Source: an uncultured Ruminococcus sp. (lineage in GTDB: Bacteria > Bacillota > Clostridia > Oscillospirales > Ruminococcaceae). From it: a stretch of DNA of 64,000 bases. The notes beneath the pieces are model-generated. The model worked only from the letters and a program-made list of their open reading frames with translations, was not told where the DNA came from and searched no databases. The DNA lies in contig CAKSAK010000001.1 in the NCBI GenBank assembly GCA_934435205.1, positions 542,243 through 606,242 of the forward strand. Direction: 5' to 3'. The translations under genes were made by a program, and so were the position numbers. This document shows, piece by piece, positions 9,927 to 19,937 of the stretch. Numbering within the stretch: position 1 is the stretch's first letter; every line of letters starts with the position of its first letter.

Positions 9927-10769
9927 ATGCTTTATGAAATAAAAAATGATAAACTCTCTATCTCAGCCGACACTTTCGGTGCTGAGCTTCACTCTATCAA
10001 ACTGGACGGCAAAGAATATCTCTGGCAGTGCGGTGACGCTTGGAAACGCTACGCTCCAATCCTCTTCCCGTTCATATGCTCCCCTAAAGACCGCACCTAC
10101 AAGGCTGGCGGTAAAGAATATCACCTTGCCGCAAACCACGGCTTCGCCCGTGACAGCGAATTTGCTTTTGTTGGAAGCACCAAAAATTCCGTAAGCTTTG
10201 TTCTCAAAGACAATGACGTGACACTTGCTCAATATCCATATCATTTCGAGCTTGAAGTAACCTACTCCATAAAAGGCTCAAAGGTAACTGTCACAAACAC
10301 TGTAAAGAACACTGACGAAAAGGCTATGTACTTCTATCTGGGCGGTCACCCTGCTTTTATCTGCGATATCCAAGGCGGTAAATGCACAGTTGAGTACGAG
10401 AAAAATGAGCATATAGTTCAGCCTATCCCAAACGGCGAGAGGACTATCCTTGACGGTGAAAAGACTATCACTCTCACAAGAGAGCTTTTCGACTATGACG
10501 TTATCATGAAAGACCACCCTGCTTCAAAGGCTGTCACCCTGAAAAAGTCTGACGGCGGCTTTGTAAAGCTTTCATTCCCACATTCTGAGTGCATTGCGGT
10601 ATGGACTTCCACAGGCGACCCTGGCGCTCAGTTTATCTGCCTCGAGCCTTGGACTAGCGTACCTGTTTACGAGGACGACGCTTTCGAGGATATCGAAAAC
10701 AAGCCTCATGCTATCAAGCTTGCTCCTGAAGCTGTTTACACCTACAGCTACACCGTGGAGGTGGGCTGA
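9927..10769 (+). CDS. Aldose 1-epimerase family protein (LacX-like mutarotase)
   Basis: 280 aa galactose-mutarotase-like fold signature. GGAGG RBS. Confidence 0.75.
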   Translation: MLYEIKNDKLSISADTFGAELHSIKLDGKEYLWQCGDAWKRYAPILFPFICSPKDRTYKAGGKEYHLAANHGFARDSEFAFVGSTKNSVSFVLKDNDVTLAQYPYHFELEVTYSIKGSKVTVTNTVKNTDEKAMYFYLGGHPAFICDIQGGKCTVEYEKNEHIVQPIPNGERTILDGEKTITLTRELFDYDVIMKDHPASKAVTLKKSDGGFVKLSFPHSECIAVWTSTGDPGAQFICLEPWTSVPVYEDDAFEDIENKPHAIKLAPEAVYTYSYTVEVG

Positions 10770-11230
10770 TGAGAGCGGTAATACAGAGGGTCACAGGTGC
10801 AAAAGTTGAGGTCGAGGGCAAGGTCACAGGTGAGATAGAAAAGGGCTTTCTGATACTTTTCGGAGTAGGTCAGGAGGACACTGAAGCTGATTGTGACAAG
10901 CTTGCAGACAAGATATCAAAGCTGAGAATTTTTGCTGACGAGAATGACAAGACCAATCTTTCCATAAACGATGTTGGCGGAGATATTCTTTGTGTTTCGC
11001 AGTTCACACTTTATGCAGATTGTCACCACGGCAACCGCCCGTCATTTATCTATGCAGGCAAGCCTGAAGAAGCCAACAGGCTTTATGAATACTTCTGCAA
11101 GGTCTGCGGTGAGAAAATTTCAGGCAAGGTTGAAAAGGGCGTTTTCGGTGCAGACATGAAAGTCTCACTGCTCAATGACGGCCCTTTCACTATCATTCTT
11201 GAATGCAGAAACGGAGAGATAATCCCATGA
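10769..11230 (+). CDS. dtd: D-aminoacyl-tRNA deacylase
   Basis: SQFTLYAD and GxxxGP motifs; 153 aa. Start overlaps the epimerase stop (TGATG). Confidence 0.9.
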   Translation: MRAVIQRVTGAKVEVEGKVTGEIEKGFLILFGVGQEDTEADCDKLADKISKLRIFADENDKTNLSINDVGGDILCVSQFTLYADCHHGNRPSFIYAGKPEEANRLYEYFCKVCGEKISGKVEKGVFGADMKVSLLNDGPFTIILECRNGEIIP

Positions 11231-11568
11231 ACATACAGATATTCGGCAAGTCAAAATCCTTTGACACCAAAAAGGCTGAACGTTATTTCAAAGAGCGTGG
11301 CATAAAGTTCCAATCTGTTGACCTGCCTACAAAGGGACTTAGCAAGGGCGAGCTTAACTCAGTGCTTGCGGCTGTGGGGGACATCGACAAGCTTATTGAC
11401 CCAAAGGCAAAGGGCGAGCAGGCAATGCTCATAAAATATCTCGGAAGCACAGAGGAAAAGATAGAAAAGCTTCTTGACTATCCCGAGCTTTTTGCCGCAC
11501 CTATCGTCAGAAACGGCAAGAAAGCCACAGTAGGCTTCTGCCCCGAGGTATGGAAAAGCTGGGAATAA
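11227..11568 (+). CDS. ArsC/Spx-family protein (YffB-like)
   Basis: [21 protein letters not shown]... is the thioredoxin-like ArsC/Spx family N-terminus. Start overlaps the dtd stop. Confidence 0.65.
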   Translation: MNIQIFGKSKSFDTKKAERYFKERGIKFQSVDLPTKGLSKGELNSVLAAVGDIDKLIDPKAKGEQAMLIKYLGSTEEKIEKLLDYPELFAAPIVRNGKKATVGFCPEVWKSWE

Positions 11569-11672
11569 CCCTATATGAAAATACTGTGAAAATTGCCGAT
11601 ATTCGTTGAAAGAAGCTTGAAAGTGTGGTATAATACCATATGGAAAAGTATTTTCAGAAAGAGATGTTTTAA

Positions 11673-12467
11673 ATGGTAATTGATTTTCACGTTCACGCTT
11701 TTAATCCAAAGGTGGCGGAAAAAGCTGTTGAAAAGCTTCAGGCTTGCAGTGGGATAACACCTTTCACAAGAGGCACTGTGGAGGAAACTATACAGCGTTT
11801 TGACGAATGGGGCGTTGACAAGGGCGTGCTGTTATCAGTGGCAACAAAGCCTACTCAGCAGAGAGTTATAAACGATTGGTGTGCTGAGCAGGACGGCGGG
11901 AGATTTATAAGCTTCGGCTGTTTACACCCTGACGCTGAGGACTATGAGCAGGAGATAGCCCACATAAAAGAGCTTGGACTTCACGGCATAAAGCTTCACC
12001 CTGATTATCAGGGCTTTATGATAGATGATGAGCGCATGGACAAGATATATGACGCCATTGAAAGAGCCGACCTGCCTGTTATATTCCATTCTGGCTATGA
12101 CTGCGTTTCCCCTGACCTTATCCACTCCACACCTGAGAGGGCGCTGAACATGATAAAAAAGCACCCTAAGCTCAAGGTCATTCTTGCACATCTTGGTGCA
12201 AACATGATGTGGGAAAAGGTACTTGACGTTCTTGCAGGCGTTGACGGTGAAGTTTATTTTGACACCGCTTTCACAAGTATGTGTCCTGATGAGCTTATGC
12301 AGGCTATCGTTGAAAAGCATGGTGCTGACAGGATACTTTTTGCAAGCGATTGCCCTTGGGACAGCTCCTATCTTATAAAAGAAAAGATACTGCGCTTGAA
12401 CATTTCCGAGGATAACAAAGATAAAATTCTCGGAGGCAACGCAGAAAGGCTTCTTGGCTTAAAATAA
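11673..12467 (+). CDS. Amidohydrolase-family (TIM-barrel metal-dependent hydrolase) protein
   Basis: N-terminal DFHVHAF metal-binding motif; 264 aa. Confidence 0.65.
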   Translation: MVIDFHVHAFNPKVAEKAVEKLQACSGITPFTRGTVEETIQRFDEWGVDKGVLLSVATKPTQQRVINDWCAEQDGGRFISFGCLHPDAEDYEQEIAHIKELGLHGIKLHPDYQGFMIDDERMDKIYDAIERADLPVIFHSGYDCVSPDLIHSTPERALNMIKKHPKLKVILAHLGANMMWEKVLDVLAGVDGEVYFDTAFTSMCPDELMQAIVEKHGADRILFASDCPWDSSYLIKEKILRLNISEDNKDKILGGNAERLLGLK

Positions 12468-12500
12468 AATTGTGTAAATTTTGAAAAGAGGATATAAAAA

Positions 12501-13127
12501 ATGAGATCAAAACTGCTTGCGGCTGTGCTGGCTTGTTCTGCGGTTTTCGGGCTTGCGTCATGTGGGGCAGTGCTTCCTGAAAACTCCTCCGAAACTGAGA
12601 CCACCACGGGTACTGCCGCCCAGAGAGTTATAGAGACCACAAAGACCGCCACCATGGGCGACGATTACGATGAGGACGATGAGGATTACGAGGGCTACAC
12701 CACCACCACTTCCGTGACGGCTGGCACACTTGAAAATCCTGACGTAAGCATTGACGAGGGCTACGATCCTGACATAATCGCAACGGCAACAAAGAGGACG
12801 ACCACCACGACCACCACCACTGCCGCTGAGACCGAGGCGACTAAAAAGACCACCACCACAAAGTTCAAAAAGGACGCGCTTTTCCCTTTGGGTGATGATG
12901 TGAAATACCCTGATTCTATACCATTTCTTGTAAAGTCCGACACCTCTTACCTTAATCTCAGATACGGTCCGTCAAAAAAATATGACGTGATAGAAAAGAT
13001 ACCTGACGGCAAGACCATAAACGGCTATGGCGAGCGGACAGACGGCGACGGAAACATATGGGTATATGTAAAATACAACGATAAAAGCGGCTGGGTAATG
13101 AAAGAGCTTCTCAGCGGCACTGAATAA
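12501..13127 (+). CDS. Lipoprotein with a Thr-rich linker and a C-terminal SH3b-like domain
   Basis: Lipobox LASCG. Poly-Thr low-complexity stretch. C-terminal YLNLRYGPSKKYDVIEKIPDGKTINGY...WVYVKYNDKSGWV resembles a bacterial SH3 domain. Confidence 0.6.
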   Translation: MRSKLLAAVLACSAVFGLASCGAVLPENSSETETTTGTAAQRVIETTKTATMGDDYDEDDEDYEGYTTTTSVTAGTLENPDVSIDEGYDPDIIATATKRTTTTTTTTAAETEATKKTTTTKFKKDALFPLGDDVKYPDSIPFLVKSDTSYLNLRYGPSKKYDVIEKIPDGKTINGYGERTDGDGNIWVYVKYNDKSGWVMKELLSGTE

Positions 13128-13141
13128 ACGGAGGACGAATA

Positions 13142-13648
13142 ATGGACAGCTTCAAGGAACAAATAGTTCGCAAGATTCCCACAAAGAACGATAAGATACA
13201 GAAAATTTTCATCATGATAGCAAGCGTGGCACTTGCCGCACTGTGCTTTATCTTCCCTTTTGGCACGCAGTTTTCTGTAATAGGCATTTTTCTTGCCGCC
13301 GCCGCACTTTATGGCGGTTATTATCTTACAACAAAACTCGATGTGGAGTATGAATACATTTTCACAAACGGAGAAATAGACGTTGACAAGATAACGGCTC
13401 AGCGTTCAAGAAAACGCCTTATCACATTCCGTTGCGGCAGTGCGACAGATTTCGGCATTGCTGACGAGAATTTCACTGTACCTGAGGGTGCAACACAGGT
13501 CCTTGCCTGCGCTTGTGACGATAGCCTTACAGACTACTACATAACATTCAACCACAAAAATCTCGGGCTTACAACTGTTATCTTCACACCTGATGATGAT
13601 ATGCTGGAGCTTATGAAGCCTGCGCTTCCGAGAACACTGAGGAAATAA
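13142..13648 (+). CDS. Hypothetical membrane protein (two TM helices plus a soluble domain)
   Basis: GGAGGA RBS. Hydrophobic segments IFIMIASVALAALCFIFPF and VIGIFLAAAALYGGYYL. Confidence 0.5.
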   Translation: MDSFKEQIVRKIPTKNDKIQKIFIMIASVALAALCFIFPFGTQFSVIGIFLAAAALYGGYYLTTKLDVEYEYIFTNGEIDVDKITAQRSRKRLITFRCGSATDFGIADENFTVPEGATQVLACACDDSLTDYYITFNHKNLGLTTVIFTPDDDMLELMKPALPRTLRK

Positions 13649-13651
13649 AAA

Positions 13652-14035
13652 ATGAAAATATTTGTCGGAACTGATCTTATCGAGATCGAACGCATAAAAA
13701 AAAGCTGTCAGAGCCGACGTTTCTGCGAAAGGGTTTACTCCGAAAAGGAGCTGACCCTTTTTTCGCAGAAGAAAAACCCCTATGAATCTATGGCGGCGAA
13801 CTGGGCGGCAAAGGAAAGCTTCGCAAAGGCTTTAGGCACAGGGGTGGAGGGCTTCGCTTTGAATGAGGTGTCATGCTTGCGTGACGAGCTTGGCTGTCCT
13901 TATCTGGAGCTTACGGGCAATGCGCTTTTGGCGGCTGAAAAAAGGGGGCTGACCTTTGCGGTTTCCCTTTCCCACATCAAGGATATCGCTTCGGCGGTGG
14001 TGGTAGCATACGAAAAGGAGGATAAAAATGGATAG
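13652..14035 (+). CDS. acpS: Holo-[acyl-carrier-protein] synthase
   Basis: GTDLIEIERI motif; 127 aa. Overlaps the downstream nnr gene by 8 nt. Confidence 0.85.
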   Translation: MKIFVGTDLIEIERIKKSCQSRRFCERVYSEKELTLFSQKKNPYESMAANWAAKESFAKALGTGVEGFALNEVSCLRDELGCPYLELTGNALLAAEKRGLTFAVSLSHIKDIASAVVVAYEKEDKNG

Positions 14036-15551
14036 GATATTGACAGTGGAGCAAATGACATTTTGCGAGCATGAGGCTGAAAAATATGGCGTGAGCCTTG
14101 CTCAGCTCATGGACAATGCGGCGGCACAGCTTGCGGAGGTCATTGCGGGCAACTCGTCTGCGTCCTCAAAGATAGCGCTTCTTATTGGCAAGGGCAACAA
14201 TGGCGGTGACGGACTTGTGGCGGCAAATCTGCTTGTGGAGCAGGGCTTCAAGCCTGCGGTGGTCTTATGCTGTGGTGAGCCTGACACTGACCTTTCCTCG
14301 GCGGCGTATGCTAGGCTTGACAAGAGCGTAGAGGTGCTGAAAGCTGAAAATACGCTGTCCGTTATCGAGGGTGCAGATGTGCTTGTGGACTGCATTTTCG
14401 GCACTGGTTTTCACGGAAGCCTGCGTGAAAATATCCTGCCAGTGTTTAGGGCTTGCGAAAAATGTGAAGGCATGAAGATAGCCTGCGACCTGCCGTCGGG
14501 GGTCAATGCACGAAATGGTCAGGCTGACAAGCTGTCGTTCAAGGCTGACCTGACAGTGACCTTTCATCGTAGCAAGCTGGGTCTTTATTTACAGCCTGCG
14601 GTGGACTACTGCGGTGAGATCCTGGTAAAAGATATCGGCATTGATGAGCGCTGTGAGGATACGCTCTCCCCTGTTATAACGGCTTTTGACGTGGCAAAAG
14701 CAAGGGTGACACTACCTTTTCGACCTGCTGACGGACACAAGGGTACGTTTGGAAAAATCGTGAGCGTGGCAGGCTCGGAGAGTTATATCGGTGCGGCAGG
14801 GCTTTCAGCAATGGCGGCAATGCGAACAGGCGTGGGGCTTTTTGAGCTTTGCACTGCAAAAAGCGTGGTCAGCTCACTGTCGGCAAGTATGTATGAATGT
14901 ACATACTCGGCAATGAAAACTGACGAGGACGGCTTTATGGTGGCTGAAAATGCGGAGACGATACTGAAAAAGTGCGAAAAGGCAAGCTGTTTGCTTATAG
15001 GCTGTGGGCTTGGTCACATGGCTGAAACGGAGAAGCTTGTGGCGGAGCTTATGGAAAAGGCGGAGATTCCAATAGTTTTGGACGCTGACGGAATAAATTC
15101 ACTTTGTCCGAATATAGATGTACTGTTGAAGAAGAAAAGTACAGTTATCCTCACCCCTCACCCTGCGGAGCTTGCAAGGCTTTGCGGAGTGAGTGTAGGC
15201 GAGGTCATGTCGGACAGACTTGGGTTTGCATATCGGCTGTCGGAAAAATATGGCGTGACAGTGCTGGCGAAGTCGGCTGACACCTTTGCGGTAAGCGGCG
15301 GCAAGGTCTATCTTTGCACCGAAGGCACAACTGCCCTTGCAAAGGGTGGCTCAGGGGATATGCTTGCAGGCATTGTATCATCCTATGTGGCTCAGGGGTG
15401 CGACGCCCTTGATGCGGCGGCACTTGGGTCGTTCACACTTGGCTCAGCGGCTCTACTTGCAGGATACAAAAGATCTGAGCGTGGAATCATTGCAAGAGAT
15501 GTTATTGACGCTTTGCCAAGATTTTTGTATGACCTTGAAAACGCCGACTAG
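14028..15551 (+). CDS. nnr: Bifunctional NAD(P)H-hydrate repair enzyme (epimerase/dehydratase; YjeF N plus C domains)
   Basis: N-domain GKGNNGGDG and C-domain GGSGD motifs; 507 aa. Canonical acpS-nnr linkage. Confidence 0.85.
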   Translation: MDRILTVEQMTFCEHEAEKYGVSLAQLMDNAAAQLAEVIAGNSSASSKIALLIGKGNNGGDGLVAANLLVEQGFKPAVVLCCGEPDTDLSSAAYARLDKSVEVLKAENTLSVIEGADVLVDCIFGTGFHGSLRENILPVFRACEKCEGMKIACDLPSGVNARNGQADKLSFKADLTVTFHRSKLGLYLQPAVDYCGEILVKDIGIDERCEDTLSPVITAFDVAKARVTLPFRPADGHKGTFGKIVSVAGSESYIGAAGLSAMAAMRTGVGLFELCTAKSVVSSLSASMYECTYSAMKTDEDGFMVAENAETILKKCEKASCLLIGCGLGHMAETEKLVAELMEKAEIPIVLDADGINSLCPNIDVLLKKKSTVILTPHPAELARLCGVSVGEVMSDRLGFAYRLSEKYGVTVLAKSADTFAVSGGKVYLCTEGTTALAKGGSGDMLAGIVSSYVAQGCDALDAAALGSFTLGSAALLAGYKRSERGIIARDVIDALPRFLYDLENAD

Positions 15552-15567
15552 GCTGTACTAAAAACAA

Positions 15568-15597
15568 AGACCTTCTTCTTATGAAGAGGGTCTTTTT
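15568..15597 (+). terminator. Rho-independent terminator after nnr
   Basis: AGACCTTCTTC...GAAGAGGGTCT stem followed by TTTTTT. Confidence 0.65.
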
Positions 15598-15611
15598 TAA
15601 TGGAGGGCAAA

Positions 15612-16106
15612 ATGAAAAGAACAAAGGCATTTTTTATCACGATTTTAGCTGTAATAGGCTTATGCTCATGCGGTGAAAGCACAGAAGTCAAGCCCGTGAA
15701 GCTGGCAGAGGATTACAAGACCCCGGCTGAGTTCACCATTGACGGCACGGAATACACTGCGAACTTCATCCGCGGGAACGCAGATATGTGGGAGTGCGAG
15801 ATAACTGCGCCCGAAACTGTCAGCGGCATGGTGATAACCTGCTCAGGAGAAAGCGCACGACTTGAATACAAGGGTTTGACCTACGAAACTGACCGAGGGA
15901 ACATTCCCGAAAGCTCCGCTGTCACAATGACCGCCGCTGTGCTTGACAAGCTTATTTCGCAGAAAGGCGTGACTTATCTCAAAAATGACAAGGGAGATAT
16001 CACCGCCACGGGACAGATAAAAGGTCAGGATTTTTCAGCTAAAATCAAGGGCGGAAAGGTAAAAAGCCTGGAGATATCAGGGGAGGTAAGCGTAAAATTC
16101 ACATAA
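15612..16106 (+). CDS. Hypothetical lipoprotein
   Basis: MKRTKAFFITILAVIGLCSCG lipobox. GGAGGG RBS 5 nt upstream; the in-frame ATG at 15600 lacks an RBS. Confidence 0.5.
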   Translation: MKRTKAFFITILAVIGLCSCGESTEVKPVKLAEDYKTPAEFTIDGTEYTANFIRGNADMWECEITAPETVSGMVITCSGESARLEYKGLTYETDRGNIPESSAVTMTAAVLDKLISQKGVTYLKNDKGDITATGQIKGQDFSAKIKGGKVKSLEISGEVSVKFT

Positions 16107-16137
16107 AAAAGGTGCAGAGAAAATCTGCACCTTTCTT
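16105..16137. terminator. Bidirectional rho-independent terminator between convergent lipoprotein genes
   Basis: A run, GGTGCAGAG-AAAAT-CTGCACC, T run. Confidence 0.75.
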
Positions 16138-16152
16138 ATGTATGGAAATAAA

Positions 16153-17022
16153 TTATTTACCAAAGTTTGCGCAAGCGATAACGTTACCGTCCTCGTCCTC
16201 AAATCTGAGGTCAGCAATGTAGAAATCAGCCTGGTTTGGAATGCCCCATCTCATGATAGAAACGAACTGTGGGTCAGTTGTGTTTACAAATGTAGCGCCG
16301 TCCTTGATACCAGGTCTCATTGTAAGCTCATAGGAACCCCACTCAGATGTCCACTCAGCTTCGCCGAAGTCATAAAGGTCGTTCCAACTGTTTTCGCCGT
16401 CGCCTGTTGAAGGCTGTGTAACGAATGCGCCCATGAAGTTACCAGGAACAAGTGATGTTGAGCCGTCGTCACCAGTGAACTCGCCAACTGCCTTTGTAAC
16501 TACGTCAGCCTTAACTGTGAAGATCTTCTCAAGATCAGCTTCCTGACCCTCAAAGAACTTCTCCATGTGGAACTTGATCTTAGGGATCTTGTAGTTGCCA
16601 TTATCCTGATCGAGAACCTCGACCTTGAGCATTGGAACACCTGCAAGCTCCTCAATAGAGAGATTTACATGAGACTCATCGTTCTCGTAATCCTTCTCAG
16701 CGAAAGGTTCAACGATAGAAGCAACGTCCATATCCTTCTTGAAATATACAGAAGCCTCCTCATAGTTCTTCAAAGTAGCTGGCATTTCGGAAATATCCTT
16801 TGCAGCTTCACCCTCTGACTCTGTGCCGGAAGCGGCTGTTGAATCAGCTGTTGACTCAGGAGCGGCTGTTGTTGTAGTAGCCTCTGTTGTTGTAGCAGCT
16901 GTAGTAGTTGTTGTAGTTGTTGCAGCCTCAGCCTTTGATGAAGAATCATCAGAGCTGCCGCAAGAAGCGAACATAGCACTTGTAAGTGTAAGTGCAAGAG
17001 CGCAAGCTAAAAACTTTTTCAT
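16153..17022 (-). CDS. Secreted lipoprotein with a Thr-rich linker
   Basis: Lipobox FASCG. ATTTTTTTAATTTEATTTTAAPE linker. 289 aa. Confidence 0.55.
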   Translation of the reverse strand: MKKFLACALALTLTSAMFASCGSSDDSSSKAEAATTTTTTTAATTTEATTTTAAPESTADSTAASGTESEGEAAKDISEMPATLKNYEEASVYFKKDMDVASIVEPFAEKDYENDESHVNLSIEELAGVPMLKVEVLDQDNGNYKIPKIKFHMEKFFEGQEADLEKIFTVKADVVTKAVGEFTGDDGSTSLVPGNFMGAFVTQPSTGDGENSWNDLYDFGEAEWTSEWGSYELTMRPGIKDGATFVNTTDPQFVSIMRWGIPNQADFYIADLRFEDEDGNVIACANFGK

Positions 17023-17196
17023 TTTAATAACCTCCGTTTGATTGTCATGCTATACACATAGCCTGACCTATATTTACTTTTGTATTATAACACAATAGCC
17101 ACATATTTTCAATATACTATTTGCACAATTTAAACACATGATTTCAGATACTTTGCACAGAAATCGTTTACAAATTAGTGCAGGTTACACAAACGA

Positions 17197-17234
17197 ACAA
17201 AAAAACAGAGCTTCCCGAATGACAGAAAGCTCTG
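17197..17234 (-). terminator. Rho-independent terminator for the 17273-18151 gene
   Basis: CAGAGCTTCC...GAAAGCTCTG stem, followed on the minus strand by T7. Confidence 0.65.
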
Positions 17235-17272
17235 TATAAATTCACTTATTCAAGTGTGTTATCTGCGAGAGA

Positions 17273-18151
17273 TTACTTTCTCTTAGAAATAACGATAGCT
17301 GCACCAGCAAGTGCTACGCCTGCGAGTGCAAGACCAGCTGTTGCGCCTGTAGCTGCTGTGTTGTCAGAAGCTGCTGCTGAAGATGTAGCTGTTGTAGTTG
17401 TTGTGCCAGCCTTTGAAGATGTTGTGCCAGCTGCTGTTGAAGATGTAGCTGCTGCAGAAGACTTGTCGTCCTTCTTAGACTCGTCCTTCTTAGAATCTGT
17501 GCCTGATGCTGTAGAATCTGTGCCTGAGCTTGACTCCTCAGCTACTGGCTTCTTCTGAACTTCCTTCTTGTCCTTGTTAGAACCAGCCTCGAAGAGAACG
17601 TTGCCGTCAGCGCCAAGAACCTTCATACCTACAACGTCGATACCCTTAAGGTCTGCTGCCCAGTTGTTGATACCAACTGCTGCGTAATTATCAGCATCGC
17701 CGTCTGTTGTTGCGAAAACAGGAGCGTCGCCGAGGTATTCAAGAACGTATGTGCCTTCCTCTTCTGTTGTGTAGCAGAGAGTATCCTTTGGCTTATCGTC
17801 CTCAACCCATGAGCCGCCAGCCCAGTCCTTAGCGTTCCAGCCACCAGACTTTGAGTTGAAGTTGATTGATCCGCCACCGCCGATCGTGTTCCAATCGTTG
17901 TTGTCAACCTTGATTGTGAATGAAGCACCGTAAACAGCTCCAAGGTCAGAGATAGCATCCTTGTTTACAGCACCCTCTGACTCATCGCCATTGAAGAATA
18001 CAGCAAAAAGGTCATCCTGAGTCTGTCTGCCGATCTTAGCGAGGTCATCGCTTGCGTTGAGCTTTGTGCCTGCTGCTGATGCTGGGATCATTGCCATAGA
18101 AGCTACGATAGCTGCTGCTGACATACCAGCGAGAATCTTAGAAATTTTCAT
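17273..18151 (-). CDS. Cell-surface protein with a signal peptide, Gly/Trp-rich beta domain, Ser/Thr-rich stalk and a C-terminal hydrophobic anchor plus basic tail
   Basis: Start at MKISKIL, preceded by GGAGGAG. C-terminus ATGATAGLALAGVALAGAAIVISKRK. No LPXTG. Confidence 0.55.
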   Translation of the reverse strand: MKISKILAGMSAAAIVASMAMIPASAAGTKLNASDDLAKIGRQTQDDLFAVFFNGDESEGAVNKDAISDLGAVYGASFTIKVDNNDWNTIGGGGSINFNSKSGGWNAKDWAGGSWVEDDKPKDTLCYTTEEEGTYVLEYLGDAPVFATTDGDADNYAAVGINNWAADLKGIDVVGMKVLGADGNVLFEAGSNKDKKEVQKKPVAEESSSGTDSTASGTDSKKDESKKDDKSSAAATSSTAAGTTSSKAGTTTTTATSSAAASDNTAATGATAGLALAGVALAGAAIVISKRK

Positions 18152-18357
18152 CGTTAATCTCCTCCATATGAATATAGTTTTATGAATTGTCATTCAATTC
18201 TAGTCTTATTATAACAGAATTTTTCCCTAAAATCAAGGGGTTTTCACGTTTTTTATCCCAAAAAGTGTTGAAATTTCTAACAATATTGTCACACTTCTTT
18301 TGTGCATTAATCACAGAAAACGTTATCATTTCTTGTATTTTACAACAAATGTCTGTC

Positions 18358-19119
18358 CTATCTGTCGTTGAATCTCTGCAGGAACTGCTTTGTTCTTTCA
18401 TTCTGGGTCTGACCGAAGACTTCCTCCGGAGTACCCTCCTCCACGATATAGCCGTCGTCCATGAAGATAACATGGTTTGCCACGTCACGGGCAAATGCCA
18501 TTTCATGGGTGACTATGACCATGGTCATTTTCTCCTTGGCAAGCTCTTTTATTACCTTTAAAATCTCCCCCGTCAGCTCTGGGTCGAGGGCGGAGGTCGG
18601 CTCGTCAAAGAAAAGTATCTGCGGTTTCAGAGCCAATGCTCTTGCAATAGATACACGCTGCTGCTGACCGCCTGAAAGCTCGCAGGGATAGGACTTGCCT
18701 TTAGTCTCAAGCCCCATTTTCTTCAAAAGCTCTTCGCAGTTGGCTTTTGCCTCGGCTTTTGGCTGTTTAAGGACATGGAGAGGAGCTTCCATTATATTCT
18801 GATTTACTGAGAAATGCGGAAAAAGGTTGAAATTCTGGAATACAAGACCGATTTTCAGGCGGATATCCCTAAGGGTCTTAGAGGGTGCATAGACTGCCTT
18901 GCCATTTTCTGTATGGAACATATTCACACCGTCAACGTTTATCTCTCCGCCGTCTGCTTTTTCAAGCTGGTTTATACAGCGCAGAAGCGTTGATTTACCG
19001 CTTCCTGACGGTCCGATTATTGCGACTACCTCGCCCACCTCAACGTTAAAAGAAATATCTTTGAGTACCTTAAGGCTGTCAAAGCTTTTGGAAATATTTT
19101 TCACTTCAAGAATAGCCAT
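18358..19119 (-). CDS. Polar amino-acid ABC transporter ATP-binding protein (GlnQ/HisP type)
   Basis: GPSGSGKST, LSGGQQQRVSIARAL, FFDEPTSALD. Confidence 0.85.
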   Translation of the reverse strand: MAILEVKNISKSFDSLKVLKDISFNVEVGEVVAIIGPSGSGKSTLLRCINQLEKADGGEINVDGVNMFHTENGKAVYAPSKTLRDIRLKIGLVFQNFNLFPHFSVNQNIMEAPLHVLKQPKAEAKANCEELLKKMGLETKGKSYPCELSGGQQQRVSIARALALKPQILFFDEPTSALDPELTGEILKVIKELAKEKMTMVIVTHEMAFARDVANHVIFMDDGYIVEEGTPEEVFGQTQNERTKQFLQRFNDR

Positions 19120-19130
19120 ATGAGTTCTCC

Positions 19131-19841
19131 TTATTTATAATAGTCGAATTTCTTTTCGATAACGGCAAATGCCACCGTCACGATAGCGTTGAGTACGAAA
19201 TAGAATGCGCCTGCGATAAAAAGCGGTGTTATAGAGCTATACAGATTCATCTGCTGTTTTGCTTTCATTGTTATCTCGGCGAATGCGATAACGTTTGCCA
19301 GAGATGTATCCTTTACAAGGACGATGACCTCATTCGATGTGGCAGGGATAACACGCTTTGTGACCTGTGGCAGGATTATCCTGAAAAATGTCTGCATTTT
19401 CGTCATGCCCAGCATTGAAGCCGCCTCGTACTGTCCCTTTGGGATAGCCTCGATACCGCCTCTGAAAATCTCTGCGAAATACGCCGCATAGTTAAGGACA
19501 AATGCCGTAACAAGGGCGATAAACATATAGTTCTCGTTGTTTTTGATATTGGTAAGCACGTCATATATACCGCCTGTTTTGCCCTGCTTTGCAGCACTTG
19601 CGATGATAAGCGGCACTGCATAGTAGATAGCGATTATTTGAAGCATGAGCGGTGTGCCACGCATAACGAGTATATAAAGATTTGTCAGCCATGAGATAGG
19701 CTTGAAGCGGCATTTTTTCAGCATTGTAACAAGCACTCCCACAGGTATTGAAAGCACGATAGTCCATGCGAAAAGCTTCAGGGTATTAGGCAGGAACTCC
19801 AGCAGGATCTCCGTGACCTTTTTTACTTCCTCAAAAGTCAT
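19131..19841 (-). CDS. Polar amino-acid ABC transporter permease (HisM/GlnP type)
   Basis: EAASMLGMTKMQTFFRIILPQ EAA-loop signature. 236 aa. Confidence 0.85.
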   Translation of the reverse strand: MTFEEVKKVTEILLEFLPNTLKLFAWTIVLSIPVGVLVTMLKKCRFKPISWLTNLYILVMRGTPLMLQIIAIYYAVPLIIASAAKQGKTGGIYDVLTNIKNNENYMFIALVTAFVLNYAAYFAEIFRGGIEAIPKGQYEAASMLGMTKMQTFFRIILPQVTKRVIPATSNEVIVLVKDTSLANVIAFAEITMKAKQQMNLYSSITPLFIAGAFYFVLNAIVTVAFAVIEKKFDYYK

Positions 19842-19937
19842 AAATATTCATTCCTTAACTAAATATTACGATAACACGTCACCGTATCAGCGTATTAATA
19901 CATTATACTACATATTTTGCGACTTGTCAAACGAATT

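Noticed and set aside
16823-17558. Plus-strand Ala/Val/Thr-rich ORFs (16823-17041, 17256-17558) and the minus-strand ORF at 12761-12943
   Set aside because: They are mirror ORFs on the opposite strand of Thr/Ala-rich linker regions of real lipoprotein genes. Low complexity, no translation signals.
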